Assembly: GCA_002269645.1 (NCBI GenBank)
Contig: NIVC01000049.1
Coordinates: 1-64,000 of the forward strand
Direction of reading: 5' to 3'
DNA length: 64,000 bases
Source: Macrostomum lignano
Lineage: Eukaryota
Both the position numbers and the translations under genes were made by a program. Shown one piece after another: positions 62,601-64,000 of this stretch (position 1 is its first letter; the number at the start of each line of letters is the position of its first letter). The notes beneath the pieces were generated by a model that saw nothing but the letters and a program-made list of their open reading frames with translations, ran no database searches and was not told where the DNA came from.

Positions 62601-64000
62601 AATTGTAGTTTTGCATCTGGGTGACCTGAAGCAATGCAGAGTTAAGTGTCTTGCTCAAGGACGCGAATTTTTCCAGTGGGTTCGGGAGTGGGATAGTGAG
62701 TCCGACGCTAAAATCACTGGGCTACAACCCCCCACTAGGCTACACCCCCCACTAGGCTACAACCCCCCACTAGGCTACAACCCCCCAACTAGGCTACAAA
62801 CCCCCACTAGGCTACAAACCCCCACTAGGCTACAACCCCCCACTAGGCTACAACCCCCCACTAGGCTACAACCCCCCACTAGGCTACAACCCCCCACTAG
62901 GCTACAACCCCCAACTAGGCTACAAACCCCCACTAGGCTACAACCCCCCACTAGGCTACAACCCCCCCCACTAGGCTACAACCCCCACTAGGCTACAACC
63001 CCCGACTAGGCTACAACCCCCCACTAGGCTACAACCCCCCACTAGGCTACAACCCCCCACTAGGCTACAACCCCCACTAGGCTACACCCCCCACTAGGCT
63101 ACAACCCTCCACTAGGCTACAACCCCCCCCACTAGGCTACAACCCCCGACTAGGCTACAACCCCCCACTAGGCTACAACCCCCCACTAGGCTACAACCCC
63201 CGACTAGGCTACAACCCCCCACTAGGCTACAACCCCCCACTAGGCTACAACCCCCCCCACTAGGCTACAACCCCCCACTAGGCTACAACCCCCACTAGGC
63301 TACAACCCCCCCACTAGGCTACAACCCCCACTAGGCTACAACCCCCCCACTAGGCTACAACCCCTATTAATTTGATTAGTTATTGCAAATAATTAATTTG
63401 TACAATCGCACAAAAAATGACACCATCTCAATTGCGCCAACCCTTAACCCGCCTTCTCAAGGTAACTGTTGAGTACAAAGACGAGAACGGCGCCTGTGTA
63501 CCGCTGCGCATTCACACCATCGTTGTCAGCACCCAGCACGACGACAACATCACCCAGGAGAAGCTGCGCCACGATGTTATGGAGCACGTAGTTAAAGCCG
63601 TCTGCCCCAAGGAGATGCTGGACGAGCGCACCGTCTACCATCTGAACCCGTCTGGCCGGTTCGTCATCGGCGGCCCGCAGTCTGACGCGGGTCTCACTGG
63701 CCGCAAGATTATCGTTGATACCTACGGCGGCTGGGGCGCCCACGGCGGCGGCGCATTCTCTGGCAAAGATTTCAGCAAAGTGGACAGATCGGCCGCCTAC
63801 GCCGCCCGTTGGGTTGCCAAATCGTTGGTGAAAGCCAAGCTGTGCCGCCGGGTGCTGGTTCAGATCAGCTACGCCATCGGCGTCGCCAAACCGCTGGCCG
63901 TCTATCTCAACTCCTACGGCACCGGCGCCAAGTCTGACGAGGAACTGCTGCGGATTGTTGAGACCAACTTCGACCTGCGGCCTGGCCGGATCGTCAAGTG
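59552..64000 (+). CDS. MAT: S-adenosylmethionine synthetase (methionine adenosyltransferase), 5' part; truncated by the window end
   Basis: Exons 59552-59624 ([24 protein letters not shown]), 62001-62458 ([27 protein letters not shown]) and 63462-~63998 ([42 protein letters not shown]). Phases are consistent and sites are GT-AG. Confidence 0.96.
60009..60160. repeat. Foldback/MITE with 52-bp arms in MAT intron 1
   Basis: 60009-60060 versus the reverse complement of 60109-60160 shows 3 mismatches. The spacer holds two small hairpins (CTATTC..GAATAG and GTAGTCATATGACTAC). Confidence 0.8.
62001..62458 (+). CDS. MAT: MAT exon 2
   Basis: TTTAG| acceptor; GAGDQG motif; CAG|GTTGGT donor. Confidence 0.95.
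62615..62665 (+). mobile_element. CORE-like SINE fragment
   Basis: GTTAAGTGTCTTGCTCAAGGAC (62641-62662) resembles the MIR/CORE-SINE core (recalled, not searched). Confidence 0.35.
62716..63364. repeat. C-rich ~19-bp minisatellite (CTAGGCTACAACCCCCCA), ~34 copies, in MAT intron 2
   Basis: Read directly; C-run length varies. Confidence 0.95.
63462..64000 (+). CDS. MAT: MAT exon 3 (to the window end)
   Basis: CTCAAG| acceptor; open frame with [11 protein letters not shown] and GKD..KVDRS. Confidence 0.95.

Noticed and set aside
63444-63743. 99-aa minus-strand ORF
   Set aside because: Antisense shadow of MAT exon 3.

Overview
Eukaryotic (animal) genomic DNA, not prokaryotic: spliced genes with GT-AG introns, introns packed with simple repeats, and many DNA transposons and MITEs. 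The style (Ala/Ser-rich GC-rich exons, satellite-filled introns, intronless paralogues) resembles a free-living flatworm such as Macrostomum, but that is an inference. From left to right: (1) a foldback element with an 11-bp target duplication; (2) a ~10.1-kb CACTA/EnSpm-type transposon (1619-11747) with a frameshifted transposase, a divergently transcribed 6-exon accessory gene containing a translated minisatellite, and nested MITEs; (3) three intronless SLC46/PCFT-like MFS transporter paralogues, two nearly identical over the N-half only; (4) degraded Tc1/mariner elements; (5) an intronless reticulon CDS; (6) a B-Raf-like kinase gene (at least 8 exons, minus strand) with different tandem repeats in most introns; (7) a small UBA-like ORF; (8) a decayed piggyBac with an inverted partial copy; (9) the 5' three exons of an S-adenosylmethionine synthetase gene running off the window. 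There is no CRISPR array, rRNA or recognisable tRNA, and most long ORFs in the supplied track come from tandem repeats. I found no clearly new biological system. The best leads are the two-gene CACTA element, the half-gene conversion between MFS paralogues, sharply bounded CpG-free blocks, and the MAT gene lacking the intron used for m6A feedback in nematodes.
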